NCBI GenBank assembly: GCA_004212095.1
Contig: RXIJ01000033.1
Span: 1-43,014 of the forward strand
From: Methanosarcinales archaeon
Lineage (GTDB): Archaea; Halobacteriota; Methanosarcinia; Methanosarcinales; EX4572-44
Direction: 5' to 3'
Length of the DNA: 43,014 nt
In this document: positions 1-9,475 of the stretch, in pieces
Layout: each line of letters begins with the position of its first letter
Numbering within the stretch: the first letter of the stretch is position 1
The notes under the pieces: generated by a model
Seen by the model: only the letters and a program-made list of their open reading frames with translations
Databases searched by the model: none
Told to the model about the DNA's origin: nothing
Translations under genes and position numbers: made by a program

Positions 1-255
1 CGGCATGAAGTATGTAGAGCAGTGCATGCAGAACAGAATGCAATCATCCAGAGTGCACTGCATGGCATCAGCATAAAGGATGCCACCATTTATTGCACTC
101 ACCAGCCCTGCAGACTCTGTGCCAAGATGCTAATCAACGCACACATCAAGCGGGTGGTGTTCGGGGAATCGTATCCGGACCGGGAAGCAATTAATTTTTT
201 CAATATGGCAACAGTTGAAGTAGTGCAGTTAGAGAGCAAGATAGAAGAAAAGTGA
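1..255 (+). CDS. dCMP deaminase (ComEB-like), 5'-truncated by the window edge
   Basis: Frame 1 is open from base 1 ([14 protein letters not shown]). Zn-deaminase motifs HAE and PCxxC (PCRLC) are present. Confidence 0.9.
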   Translation, partial: RHEVCRAVHAEQNAIIQSALHGISIKDATIYCTHQPCRLCAKMLINAHIKRVVFGESYPDREAINFFNMATVEVVQLESKIEEK

Positions 256-1673
256 TGAAAATTTATATTAAAACGTATGGCTGTACTGCCAACCATGCGG
301 ATTCTAGATATATTGCCGAGGCAATTACCAGTATCGGTCACACACTCTGTGATGAAGCAGATGCAGATATGATTATTGTTAACACCTGCACGGTTACAGA
401 ATGTACCGAGCAGAGAGTGCTCTCATACATCCGGAGTCACCACCATGACCACCACAGTGACAACCATGGAAAAGATATGATCGTTGCAGGATGCCTTCCC
501 GCGGCACAGCCAGAGTATATGCGCCAGCTTGGAATTGACAAATTCATTACACCAAGAACACTTAACGATATTACAAGGCTTATTCCTGAAAACACTACAA
601 AGCCAACTACTAAAAACACTGCATCAAGTTTGATACCCCCAAATCCCCCTCCAACCAGCACAGCCATTGCCGTTCCAATGGAAACAATGGGGTCTGGGCC
701 TAAAATAGCTCAAAATCCCCCTCCAACCAGCACAGCCATTGCCGTTCCAATGGAAACAATGGGGTCCGGGCCTAAAATAGCCCGCAACAATCTTCCAACC
801 AGCACAGCCATTGCCGCTGTAAATATTGCTACGGGATGTATTGGAGACTGCTCCTATTGCATCGTCAAAAAAGCAAGAGGAGAACTTACAAGCAAATCCA
901 TACCAGAAATAAAACAGGAGGTTACCAAACTTATATCAAATGGAATATGGGAGATTCAACTTGCCGGACAGGACACAGCATGCTATGGTCTGGATACAGG
1001 ATACAGCCTGCCAGAGCTATTGGACGAGCTATCAAACATTCCAGGGGACTTTCGCATCAGAGTGGGAATGATGAACCCTGCTGCTGCAAAGAATATTACA
1101 GATGAACTGATTGAAGCCTACCAAAATGAGAAGATATACAAGTTCCTGCATCTGCCGGTACAAAGCGGCTCTGACACCGTACTTGAAGATATGAAGCGCC
1201 ATTACAAAACAGAAGACTACCGCAAGATCATAAGTGCATTTAGAAGCCACTATCCGGATGGAATCGTCTCCACTGATTTTATTGTGGGGTATCCGACTGA
1301 GAGAGGTGAGGATTTTCAGGACACGCTTGTGTTGTTAAGAGAGGTGCAGGCATTTAAAGTTAACATCACACGTTTTTCACCACGCCCCCACACAAAAGCC
1401 AGCCAGTTAAAAGAGATTTCCAGTGGAATAAAAAAGGAACGCTCAAGAGAGCTTACAAAAGAACATCATCGAATAGCCAGGCAAATTCTTCATCGCTACA
1501 TTGGCAAAACCTGTAATGTAACAGTCACCAAACGTGGAAAAAATAACACCAGCGTCACCAGGGATAATAATTATCGATACATCGTGATAAAAGAAAAACT
1601 ACCACTCACCTCACACCACAGAGTCAAAATAACAGATGCAGCAATTACATATTTAGTAGGAGAGAGGATGTGA
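255..1673 (+). CDS. tRNA methylthiotransferase, archaeal MiaB-like (t6A37 C2-methylthiotransferase type), radical SAM
   Basis: N-terminal UPF0004 cysteines (TYGC, NTC, AGC), CxxxCxxC (CIGDCSYC), HLPVQSGS, DFIVGYP, C-terminal TRAM-like region. An alternative GTG start lies at 252. Confidence 0.9.
   Translation: MKIYIKTYGCTANHADSRYIAEAITSIGHTLCDEADADMIIVNTCTVTECTEQRVLSYIRSHHHDHHSDNHGKDMIVAGCLPAAQPEYMRQLGIDKFITPRTLNDITRLIPENTTKPTTKNTASSLIPPNPPPTSTAIAVPMETMGSGPKIAQNPPPTSTAIAVPMETMGSGPKIARNNLPTSTAIAAVNIATGCIGDCSYCIVKKARGELTSKSIPEIKQEVTKLISNGIWEIQLAGQDTACYGLDTGYSLPELLDELSNIPGDFRIRVGMMNPAAAKNITDELIEAYQNEKIYKFLHLPVQSGSDTVLEDMKRHYKTEDYRKIISAFRSHYPDGIVSTDFIVGYPTERGEDFQDTLVLLREVQAFKVNITRFSPRPHTKASQLKEISSGIKKERSRELTKEHHRIARQILHRYIGKTCNVTVTKRGKNNTSVTRDNNYRYIVIKEKLPLTSHHRVKITDAAITYLVGERM
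641..816 (+). repeat. In-frame 72-bp tandem repeat (about 2.4 copies) inside the methylthiotransferase linker
   Basis: Units start at 641 and 713, with a partial third unit ending near 816. Encodes NPPPTSTAIAVPMETMGSGPKIA twice plus PTSTAIA. Confidence 0.95.
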
Positions 1674-1736
1674 GTTTGCAGCCTAACATTTAATAGACCA
1701 ACATTGTTATATGTGTTTTTACCTAAATGTAATATT

Positions 1737-1901
1737 ATGAACTCTATGAATTTGAAGAACATCGTCTTGCTTGTTGCAGCAGTGATTGTTGCACTCCTGT
1801 TTTTTCGCTTGCTTTTTAACTTTGTCGTATGGATTATATATGCAGTGCTGTTTTTAGTAATTGTATACGTGGCATATAATTTTTTAAAGAGGACTTTATG
1901 A
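1737..1901 (+). CDS. Small two-helix membrane protein
   Basis: Almost entirely hydrophobic 54-aa ORF with a basic C-terminus. ATG at 1737 or 1746 is more plausible than the TTG at 1704. Confidence 0.6.
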   Translation: MNSMNLKNIVLLVAAVIVALLFFRLLFNFVVWIIYAVLFLVIVYVAYNFLKRTL

Positions 1902-2002
1902 ACTATTCCACTCCCTTTATGTCATCATGATTCAGTGTTTAAAGGTTTTTTCATTTTAAAAATAAAAAGAGTGCGTGGACATTCCACGCACACAACACAG
2001 AC

Positions 2003-2398
2003 TTATCGATTAAGTTCTTTACCCTGTCTGCCATTACCGCGACCATTTCTATCTTGCAATGGCTCATAATCGTCGTCCTGTCCGTTTGGAATGCCATCGC
2101 CGTCAGAGTCCCTACCGTTGGTGCCGATATTGTCACAGACACCATCATAATCTTCATCGGTAAAGTTCATGCCGCCGCATCCACATCCGCAGTTGCCAAG
2201 ATTGTCACAGACACCATCATAATCTTCATCGACAAAGTTCATGCAGGTGCCGATATTGTCACATATTCCATCGCCGTTAGTATCCATATATTTGGCGCTG
2301 CAAATGCCGCCACCATGTCCGTACTGGGCAGCAGCAATTCCTGCGAAGAGTGCTACCAGTGCAACGATCAGGATTCCAGTTATTGTTTTTGTCTTCAT
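2003..2398 (-). CDS. Secreted acidic protein with DxDxDGxCD calcium-binding-like repeats
   Basis: Signal peptide MKTKTITGILIVALVALFAGIAAA preceded by a GGAGGTGA RBS. Repeats DTNGDGICD, DEDYDGVCD x2 and DSDGDGIP. Confidence 0.75.
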   Translation of the reverse strand: MKTKTITGILIVALVALFAGIAAAQYGHGGGICSAKYMDTNGDGICDNIGTCMNFVDEDYDGVCDNLGNCGCGCGGMNFTDEDYDGVCDNIGTNGRDSDGDGIPNGQDDDYEPLQDRNGRGNGRQGKELNR

Positions 2399-2514
2399 TT
2401 TTGTCTTCACCTCCTGTTCGAGTTTAGCCCATTTGGGCAATACTCAATTGGTGGGCTTAATAAATATCATTATTCCAGAATTATATCCCAATCTAACCAG
2501 AATCATACCCAAAT

Positions 2515-2823
2515 TCACTCCGAACTGAGGTATAGCAGCACCAGTAGCGCCATAAATTCTAGTGTGTCCGGTATCACGTCAAGCGGCCCGAGTACGCACA
2601 TCCGACGCCCGTATGCAGCAGTATGCATGCATGGAGTCGATGTGACTGCCTGTAAGAGCAGGATAAACACAAATATCATCAAACCCAGTGTGAACTTCGA
2701 TTTGATCTGTGCGTAACTTCGGATATAAATAGCAAGCAATAAAACCAGCAGTACTACATTTGCTGTGGTTATGATCGTCTTTATGTTCATTATGAGTACT
2801 GGATCGTACATAGATAGTTGCAT
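2515..2823 (-). CDS. Three-helix membrane protein, typical partner of archaeal ArsR-like regulators
   Basis: Hydrophobic segments with the YxxxKSKFTLGLxxF pattern; 12 bp downstream of the wHTH gene. Confidence 0.7.
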   Translation of the reverse strand: MQLSMYDPVLIMNIKTIITTANVVLLVLLLAIYIRSYAQIKSKFTLGLMIFVFILLLQAVTSTPCMHTAAYGRRMCVLGPLDVIPDTLEFMALLVLLYLSSE

Positions 2824-2835
2824 ATTATCACCTAT

Positions 2836-3123
2836 TTACTTTAATTTATTCCCAATTTTCTCCCAAATCTCTTCAAATAGCGCATAATTTCCCTCCATGA
2901 CTGATGATAAAAAATACATTGTGCCATAGCCGCCACCCACAGATGTGATCATGCCGTTGTCGGAAAGAACCTTTAGATGGTGTTTTATCGTCTTATAGTC
3001 CAATCCCAACACTTCTGATAACTGATTGGCATTATATGGGCGGTCATGCATCGCCTTGATTACGCGAGCACGGTTCACGCCACCTTTTGTGCCTGCAATC
3101 AGCCACCAGAGTAAGCGTTTCAT
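2836..3123 (-). CDS. ArsR-family winged-helix transcriptional regulator
   Basis: LWWLIAGTKGGVNRARVI...PYNANQLSEVLGLDYKTIKHHLKVL, an archaeal ArsR-like signature. Confidence 0.85.
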   Translation of the reverse strand: MKRLLWWLIAGTKGGVNRARVIKAMHDRPYNANQLSEVLGLDYKTIKHHLKVLSDNGMITSVGGGYGTMYFLSSVMEGNYALFEEIWEKIGNKLK

Positions 3124-3292
3124 AGCATGTAATTAACAGGCATGCTTTATAATCATAATCTCTTGAGAGCCCCAAAAAAAGCAGAGGAATGGGCAAACCA
3201 ACCCTTCACAGAAGCGTACATGGCAATCACCTGCACTTGCCGCCTATACATTGTAGTAACAAGCCCGGTGATCTAAGCATGGCACATCATAT

Positions 3293-4030
3293 TTACAACC
3301 GTTTTGGTAGGCTTCTCCCGTGAAGTTTTATTGCAACCGTCATAAAGATTACAAAGAATATCATAAGGGCCGTGGCATCAACTAAAATCGAATAGTAATT
3401 GGTCCCTTGGAACGAATATCTGCACAGGTCAGTTATGTAGGTCAGGGGAGATACCAATGCCAGCATCTGTCCCCATTGCGGCAGTTCCCCGACTGGGATA
3501 AATATACCGCTTATGAATACCAGTGGAAATTTTACCATTGTAGATATCATCATCACCGTGGATGTCATGCTAGTCGGTGTGGATGAGAATATCAGCCCCA
3601 TAGCTGAGAAGCAGAATGCAGCCAGTACAATGCCAGCGGCAAGGATGAACGGATGTTCGACTGTCACACCGATTGCCATTCCAACCATTATTGGAACGAG
3701 AGATATCCCAACCCCAAAGAGCACGGATGCCAGCATATCACCCAACAGGATCGCTGTGATGGAAACCGGGGCTGCTGCAAGTCGCTCCAGGTTTCTGGTC
3801 TGTGTCTCGGTGGGTGCGATCACAGGAGTGATCGACATTGATGTGAAGAAGATCGTCATGCTCAGCAGTCCTGCGATAAGAAAATCAACAGTTAGGTCCC
3901 TTCCTATCACGAACGCCAGAAAAAGGAATACTGGAAAGAGAATACCAAATATTACTACAGGTCCCTTCATATAATAAATCCTGATATCTTTTTTGGCAAT
4001 TGCACAGGCACGTTTTAGCTGATCGATCAT
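3293..4030 (-). CDS. ABC-2 type exporter permease
   Basis: Six hydrophobic segments; motif FISGIFIPVGELPQW...SPLTY. Confidence 0.9.
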   Translation of the reverse strand: MIDQLKRACAIAKKDIRIYYMKGPVVIFGILFPVFLFLAFVIGRDLTVDFLIAGLLSMTIFFTSMSITPVIAPTETQTRNLERLAAAPVSITAILLGDMLASVLFGVGISLVPIMVGMAIGVTVEHPFILAAGIVLAAFCFSAMGLIFSSTPTSMTSTVMMISTMVKFPLVFISGIFIPVGELPQWGQMLALVSPLTYITDLCRYSFQGTNYYSILVDATALMIFFVIFMTVAIKLHGRSLPKRL

Positions 4031-4953
4031 CCCTTCTCCTCTATGAGTTTGATGAAGACATCTTCAAGCGTTGGTGCCAGCGTGTTTAGCATCACGATTT
4101 CCAGATTATTTGACCGGGAATAATCCACTAGTTGATATATCGTCCTACCGGGTTCGTTTGTATACAACCGTAGTTTATCGCCACTCATCCGGACATCGAT
4201 AACTCCTGATAGGTCTAAAAGATCAGAGGCATCTACAGGCATGTCAAAACTGACCTCCACCCATTTTAACCCAGCAATTCTCATTTTGAGCTTTTCCGGG
4301 GCGTCTATGGCTGCTATCTTTCCATGATTGATGATTGCGACTCTGCTGCACAGCTGGTTTGCCTCCTCCATGTAATGAGTGGTGAGAAAAATGGTTTTCC
4401 CTTCTTTATTCAACTCCAACACCATATCCTTAATCAAACGTGCACTTATAACATCCAGACCCGATGTTGGCTCATCGAGAAAAAGTATTTCCGGGTCGTT
4501 CATGAGAGACATGGCGAAGATGAGTTTTTGCTTCATTCCTTTGGAGAATGTCTTAACCTTGTGATCTTTTCGGTCATATAGGTTAAACTTGTTCAAAAGC
4601 TCTTTAGCTCTATTTTTAGCATGATTTTTTGGTACACCGTACAGGTCTGCCATAAACTGTAAATTATTCCACGCAGAAAGTTCGTTGTATGCATTTGACA
4701 ATTCCGGAACAACTCCAATGATCTGTTTGGCTTTAATCGGTTCACTCCGCAGATTAAAACCCATGATACTAACCCTGCCAGAAGTTGGTTTGATAAGTCC
4801 GGTAAGTATCCGCACAGTTGTAGTCTTACCTGCACCGTTTGGTCCCAAAAAACCAAATATTTTTCCTTCTTCCACTTCAAAACTGATATGGTCAACTGCT
4901 GTAAGTCCATTGTAATCTTTTGTTAGTCTCTCGACATTAATCACGGTTTTCAT
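4027..4953 (-). CDS. ABC exporter ATP-binding subunit (DrrA/NodI-like)
   Basis: Walker A GPNGAGKTT, signature FSKGMKQK, Walker B LFLDEPTSGLD, TTHYMEEA. Confidence 0.92.
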   Translation of the reverse strand: MKTVINVERLTKDYNGLTAVDHISFEVEEGKIFGFLGPNGAGKTTTVRILTGLIKPTSGRVSIMGFNLRSEPIKAKQIIGVVPELSNAYNELSAWNNLQFMADLYGVPKNHAKNRAKELLNKFNLYDRKDHKVKTFSKGMKQKLIFAMSLMNDPEILFLDEPTSGLDVISARLIKDMVLELNKEGKTIFLTTHYMEEANQLCSRVAIINHGKIAAIDAPEKLKMRIAGLKWVEVSFDMPVDASDLLDLSGVIDVRMSGDKLRLYTNEPGRTIYQLVDYSRSNNLEIVMLNTLAPTLEDVFIKLIEEKG

Positions 4954-5266
4954 AGTCTTGAGCCCCATTTCCTAACAAATCGATGACTATTTGCGTTGTT
5001 TTTAGTTTCCAGATTTTCTCAGGCGCGCCTCCCCCCTTTTCTCTGTACTCAGAAACTTCAATGATTCCAGCGTGACTCAACTCTGATAGGTGGTAGTACA
5101 ATCCGGAAGAGGTTAGTCTTGCGTTGTGCTCGGTTAAAAATTCATATATCTCCTTTGTGCTCTTGCTGCCCACTCCAATAAAATCAATGATTGTCCATCT
5201 GGTCGGGCAGTGAAGTGCGCTTATGCATGTTTTAAATCTTAGCATACGTGGATGGCAATTACACAT
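4937..5266 (-). CDS. ArsR-like winged-helix regulator with a Cys/His-rich N-terminus
   Basis: SALHCPTRWTII...SGLYYHLSELSHAGII...GGGAPEKIWKL; first gene of the ABC operon. Confidence 0.75.
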   Translation of the reverse strand: MCNCHPRMLRFKTCISALHCPTRWTIIDFIGVGSKSTKEIYEFLTEHNARLTSSGLYYHLSELSHAGIIEVSEYREKGGGAPEKIWKLKTTQIVIDLLGNGAQDYENRD

Positions 5267-5449
5267 TGTATCACCTGAATATTACAGTGTTTTACAACAA
5301 TATTACAGGCTTAAATATGTTTCGATGTGACAATAAACAAGCAATAACCGAATGGCTTAAGTATCGATTGCTTAGAAAATAAATAACCACTCACCTTTTA
5401 GAAACAAAGGTACCGATAACGATAAATCGTTTATTTCCACTTAATATTC

Positions 5450-5834
5450 ATTGCCGTCCTATATGGTGTAAGGTGGGGAAACAGAACTTGTATTCAAAGA
5501 ATTGAAAAGCAACTACCGGATGGATCAGATACCAGGTAAAAACCCAAATATAGCGAAATGCTTGGTTTGGATCGCTATTCTGACGTTAATGTGCCCAGCG
5601 TCGAATACTTCGGCCGGTTTGTAATGCAAATCCCGAAAATGCAAACACGTACACACATCTGCGATTGGCAAGGGTATTTAGTGAACAATCAGACCGATTA
5701 TTAAACGAGGTGCTTGAATGTATGGGGCTAAAACCGGATATGCTTACTTTATATGACATTTGTATTGGTCAAGGATGTAATCCAAATGTTAAGCGAGAAA
5801 GGTTGATGGAACGATTGTGTTACTTAACCGAACA
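5450..5834 (+). mobile_element. IS4-family transposase 3' remnant with right terminal inverted repeat
   Basis: Frameshifted LYGVRW/ETELVFKELKSNYRMDQIP (IS4 YREK motif). Ends in CTTAACCGAACA (5823-5834), the reverse complement of TGTTCGGTTAAG at 31921. Confidence 0.75.
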
Positions 5835-5905
5835 CGGATGAAAATCTGTCAGATTATTATGCTGAATAACAAAGGCTAAATATTTCTAAGCCTAACACGT
5901 GCTGG

Positions 5906-6832
5906 ATGATTATCGGTACACGTGGAAGCAAGCTTGCTCTTGCACAAGCACTAATTGTTCAGAAAAAACTGCGTTCCTTCGGCACAGAGGCAACACTGAA
6001 AATTATCAAAACAAGAGGCGACAAGATCACCGATCGTCCGTTACATGCTGTTTCTGGTTTTGGCGCTTTTGTATGTGAAATTGATGAGCACATGTTTGCA
6101 GATAATATTGATATTGCTGTACATTCGATGAAAGATGTGCCAACAGAGCGGCCGGAAGAGTTAACCATAGCAGCAGTGTTAAAGCGAGACTCTCCTTATG
6201 ATGCGCTTCTAACGAGAGACAACGTCACACTTGAGGAGTTACCAGAGAGTACTGTTATTGGGACAGCAAGTCTTCGCCGCCGCTCCCAACTGCTGCGATA
6301 CCGCAAGGATATTATTGTGAAGGATATACGCGGCAATATTGACACTCGCCTTCGGAAACTGCATGATGGAGAATATGACGGTATTATTCTCGCTGAAGCC
6401 GGCCTTAATCGTATGAAATGGGATTTACCATGTAAGAGGCTCTACACAGAGCATTTTTGCCCATCTGCAAACCAGGGCAGCATCGCAGCAGTAACCAAGA
6501 AGAATAGTGAAGCAGAGTCTGTAGTAAAGGTGCTTGACCACCAGCAGACCAGAATCGAAACCGAGGCAGAACGCATAATAATCAGTGTGCTTGGTGGTGG
6601 TTGTGTGGTTCCTATTGCAGCTTTTGCAAAGAGCATGAACAGGTACATGCACGTTACAGCAGAAGTTTTATCCATCGATGGAAAACGATACACAAGAGTG
6701 GAAGAAGATATTACCTTAAAAGACTATGAAGTGCATGCACGAGATCTCGGTGAAAAACTTAAAAAATCAGGTGGTTATGAACTGATCAATGAAGCTAAAA
6801 AATATTTTTCACACGTGAGAGGAGAAACATGA
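5906..6832 (+). CDS. hemC: Hydroxymethylbilane synthase (porphobilinogen deaminase)
   Basis: IGTRGSKLALAQ, DIAVHSMKD, RGNIDTRLRKL, LGGGCVVP. Confidence 0.97.
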   Translation: MIIGTRGSKLALAQALIVQKKLRSFGTEATLKIIKTRGDKITDRPLHAVSGFGAFVCEIDEHMFADNIDIAVHSMKDVPTERPEELTIAAVLKRDSPYDALLTRDNVTLEELPESTVIGTASLRRRSQLLRYRKDIIVKDIRGNIDTRLRKLHDGEYDGIILAEAGLNRMKWDLPCKRLYTEHFCPSANQGSIAAVTKKNSEAESVVKVLDHQQTRIETEAERIIISVLGGGCVVPIAAFAKSMNRYMHVTAEVLSIDGKRYTRVEEDITLKDYEVHARDLGEKLKKSGGYELINEAKKYFSHVRGET

Positions 6833-7581
6833 GAGATAAAAAAAATTATGGAGTTGTGTATCTTGTTGGATCAGGTCCGGGGGACCCGGAACTGCTCACA
6901 ATAAAAGCAAAGAGGCTCATCACCGAAGCAGATGTTATACTCTATGATCAGCTACCAGGGAAAGAGATACTTGCTATGATGCCTGATTCTGCTGAGAAAG
7001 TAGATGTCGGAAAAAAAGCAGGGCAGCACACGCTTCCACAGGAGAAGATCAATGAAGTGCTTGTTAAAAAAGCAAAGGAGGGCAGAATGGTTGTGCGTCT
7101 AAAAGGTGGCGACCCATACGTGTTTGGGCGTGGTGGCGAAGAGGCAGCAGAACTGCGTGAAGAGGGCATTCATGTTGAAGTTGTACCAGGCATTACTTCT
7201 GCCATTGCAGCACCAGCATGCGCTGGCATACCAGTAACGCACAGGGAGCACGCCTCGATGTTTACAATAATCACCGGACACGAAGATCCAACAAAGAATG
7301 ACACCTCCCTTGACTGGAATCTCCTTGCACAGTTCAATGGCACACTGGTTATACTCATGGGTGTAAAGATGCTTGAGCGAAACGTCAGCGAATTAATAAA
7401 ATATGGCAGAAACAAGGACACGCCAGTAGCTATTATTGAAAAAGGCACCAGAGCAGACCAGAGAGTTACTACAGGCACTCTTGCTTCCATTGTAGAGATT
7501 GCAAAACAGCAGCAGATAAAAGCACCTGCCGTAATCGTAATTGGAGATGTGGTGAGCCTGTATAAGGAATTGAAGGGGTGA
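6829..7581 (+). CDS. cobA: Uroporphyrinogen-III C-methyltransferase
   Basis: VYLVGSGPGDPELLT, VVRLKGGDPYVFGRGGEE, GIPVTHR; overlaps hemC by 4 bp. Confidence 0.96.
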   Translation: MRDKKNYGVVYLVGSGPGDPELLTIKAKRLITEADVILYDQLPGKEILAMMPDSAEKVDVGKKAGQHTLPQEKINEVLVKKAKEGRMVVRLKGGDPYVFGRGGEEAAELREEGIHVEVVPGITSAIAAPACAGIPVTHREHASMFTIITGHEDPTKNDTSLDWNLLAQFNGTLVILMGVKMLERNVSELIKYGRNKDTPVAIIEKGTRADQRVTTGTLASIVEIAKQQQIKAPAVIVIGDVVSLYKELKG

Positions 7582-7592
7582 GTCCTACTTTT

Positions 7593-7613
7593 TGCACAAC
7601 TTCGCTGTGTAGA
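7593..7613 (-). repeat. REP-like hairpin repeat, copy a
   Basis: TGCACAACTTCGCTGTGTAGA is a degenerate reverse complement of TCTGCACAAC-GAA-GTTGTGCA; starts 12 bp after the cobA stop. Confidence 0.7.
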
Positions 7614-7629
7614 AGCCCCAATATTTCCA

Positions 7630-7649
7630 CACCCGATTAAAATCGGGTG
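7630..7649. other. Perfect palindrome resembling an IS200/IS605 subterminal hairpin
   Basis: CACCCGATT-AA-AATCGGGTG with 9-bp arms. The IS assignment is inference. Confidence 0.45.
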
Positions 7650-7720
7650 CATCCACCGAGAGAGGTCGCGTATTGGCATAGGTATGGACAGAAGTGGAGT
7701 GAGAATATGTAAGCGATTTC

Positions 7721-8863
7721 TTATCCATGATCCTCATTAATCAGTTCTATTCCTTCTGGCTCATCAAGATACCAAGTTCTCCCTCTTTTTTCCAATATCC
7801 CAGTTACTCGAATCCTTTTAGAATTCCTGTGTGCATCAATAGCTAAGCGATATGAACTATCATCAGGTTTGATTGTTACAGGCATGGCTTCCTCTTCTTC
7901 GAGTGTCACTATTCTAACCACATTTTCTTTTTCCGATGGCTTTTTTCTAAGTTGGAACACATAACCAACCAACTCACGTTTTTCCTTATGAGTGTCCCCC
8001 TTCAATATCTCTGCTGCTTCAGTTAGATATCCTTTTGCAGAAGGCTGCAATGAAATATCTGTATGAATGTCGCTCGGGATTGGCCACATGGGTTCCAAAT
8101 TCACAGAAATATTTAAATCATTGCCTATTCCAATATCAATAATATCCAATAACGTATCGCACATATTTGCATTGAGTCCTGTAGAATAATTATCAACTAT
8201 TGGGGCTGAGCTTTCTTCCAGAATGGAATCTTCGACATTCATAGTACCTCGGATAACGCGTAATATTGCCCCCCTTCCAAACGGTGCTGAGGTAACATTC
8301 CCTTGCAAATCAATTTGCAGGATTTTTGGCCTTTCCAGTTGGCAGTGAATATTTGCTACGAAACTTCCATATTGACTTTGTCCGATTCGGTAAGTTTCAA
8401 CAGATTTCATCGCATCTGGGAACATGCGTGAAACACTCTTCTGTAGATCAAGTTCTGCGCATGTGCTATAAACAAGAAGGTCATACACACTTTTGTATAA
8501 AGATATCCCTTGTTTAATTGGTATGCTTCCGATTTTAGTTTTCAGTGTTGGGATTCGAACTTTAAGCATATCTCCAAAAACCAATATTTGAGATAACACG
8601 TCCTCAAAGTCTCTTTCCTCAAAAGCCGAAATACAATCTACAGCAATCTCTACCACTCTATTGTAATCTATCAATTCCCTTTTTGATGGTATTAGCACCT
8701 CAAGATATTTGTTTTCTTGAATAGGATGAGGCGATCTAAATTTTAGTAATTCTACACGTCCAAATGGTTCTTCCTCCCAACCTCTATCTTTAAGATAATT
8801 TTTTAGATTTTGGATGTTCACTTGTTCTATGGGATATTTCCTTGGGGGCAGTCCATAATTCAT
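7721..8863 (-). CDS. Uncharacterised 380-aa protein coupled to the DUF4365 nuclease
   Basis: Long intact ORF with a 4-bp ATGA overlap with the upstream gene. The C-terminus AIDAHRNSKRIRVTGILEKRGRTWYL suggests an OB-like fold (inference). Confidence 0.8.
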   Translation of the reverse strand: MNYGLPPRKYPIEQVNIQNLKNYLKDRGWEEEPFGRVELLKFRSPHPIQENKYLEVLIPSKRELIDYNRVVEIAVDCISAFEERDFEDVLSQILVFGDMLKVRIPTLKTKIGSIPIKQGISLYKSVYDLLVYSTCAELDLQKSVSRMFPDAMKSVETYRIGQSQYGSFVANIHCQLERPKILQIDLQGNVTSAPFGRGAILRVIRGTMNVEDSILEESSAPIVDNYSTGLNANMCDTLLDIIDIGIGNDLNISVNLEPMWPIPSDIHTDISLQPSAKGYLTEAAEILKGDTHKEKRELVGYVFQLRKKPSEKENVVRIVTLEEEEAMPVTIKPDDSSYRLAIDAHRNSKRIRVTGILEKRGRTWYLDEPEGIELINEDHG

Positions 8864-9378
8864 GGGAGTTCACCTCCTTTAATACGATCCATAATAGACT
8901 TTAAAGACGAATCGGTGAACATCTGTTCTTTCGGAATCTTGATTCCTTGAGTTACTCTATTTGTTGAAGCGGGCATCCCTCTCAGTGACATCCAATAACC
9001 ACAATGCCTTAATGTTGTACATTCTTCATAAACCGATAACCAATCATCTTCATCGCTCGGCATACAATATAAAATAAGTATAGCAGGATTGGCACGGTCT
9101 TCTAAAATAAGCGTATTATATGTACCAATTTTAAGATCATAATGAATACAGTTGTCATCATTAGAATTTATAAAATTATGGGAAGCTTTTGCTTGGATAT
9201 GTAGGCGGCGTCCAACATCAACTCTTCTTTTTCCGATTTGCTCTACATCACCAATTTCAAGATCAATTCCATAATCATGTCCTGACGGGCGACCACAATT
9301 ATAACCTGCTTTAGCAGCTACTGATGAGATGTATGCAGAACTTAAATCTTCTTGGCGGTGTTCTCGTGTCAAGCTCAT
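8860..9378 (-). CDS. DUF4365-family PD-(D/E)xK nuclease-like protein
   Basis: QEDLSSAYISSVAAKAG, DYGIDLEI, IQAKAS, GYWMSLRG. Confidence 0.8.
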   Translation of the reverse strand: MSLTREHRQEDLSSAYISSVAAKAGYNCGRPSGHDYGIDLEIGDVEQIGKRRVDVGRRLHIQAKASHNFINSNDDNCIHYDLKIGTYNTLILEDRANPAILILYCMPSDEDDWLSVYEECTTLRHCGYWMSLRGMPASTNRVTQGIKIPKEQMFTDSSLKSIMDRIKGGELP

Positions 9379-9475
9379 TTGGCCACCTTCATTTCACTTT
9401 CCACAGTACATGGTATCGTATTTAACATGATCTCCAATCCATATAAAGATGGCTATGTGGTCTACACTCAATCCA

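Noticed and set aside
672-757. CRISPR-like motif GTTCCAATGGAAAC, twice
   Set aside because: It is part of an in-frame 72-bp coding repeat; the intervening sequence is also repeated.
2054-2716. 220-aa plus-strand ORF
   Set aside because: Antisense shadow of two credible minus-strand genes.
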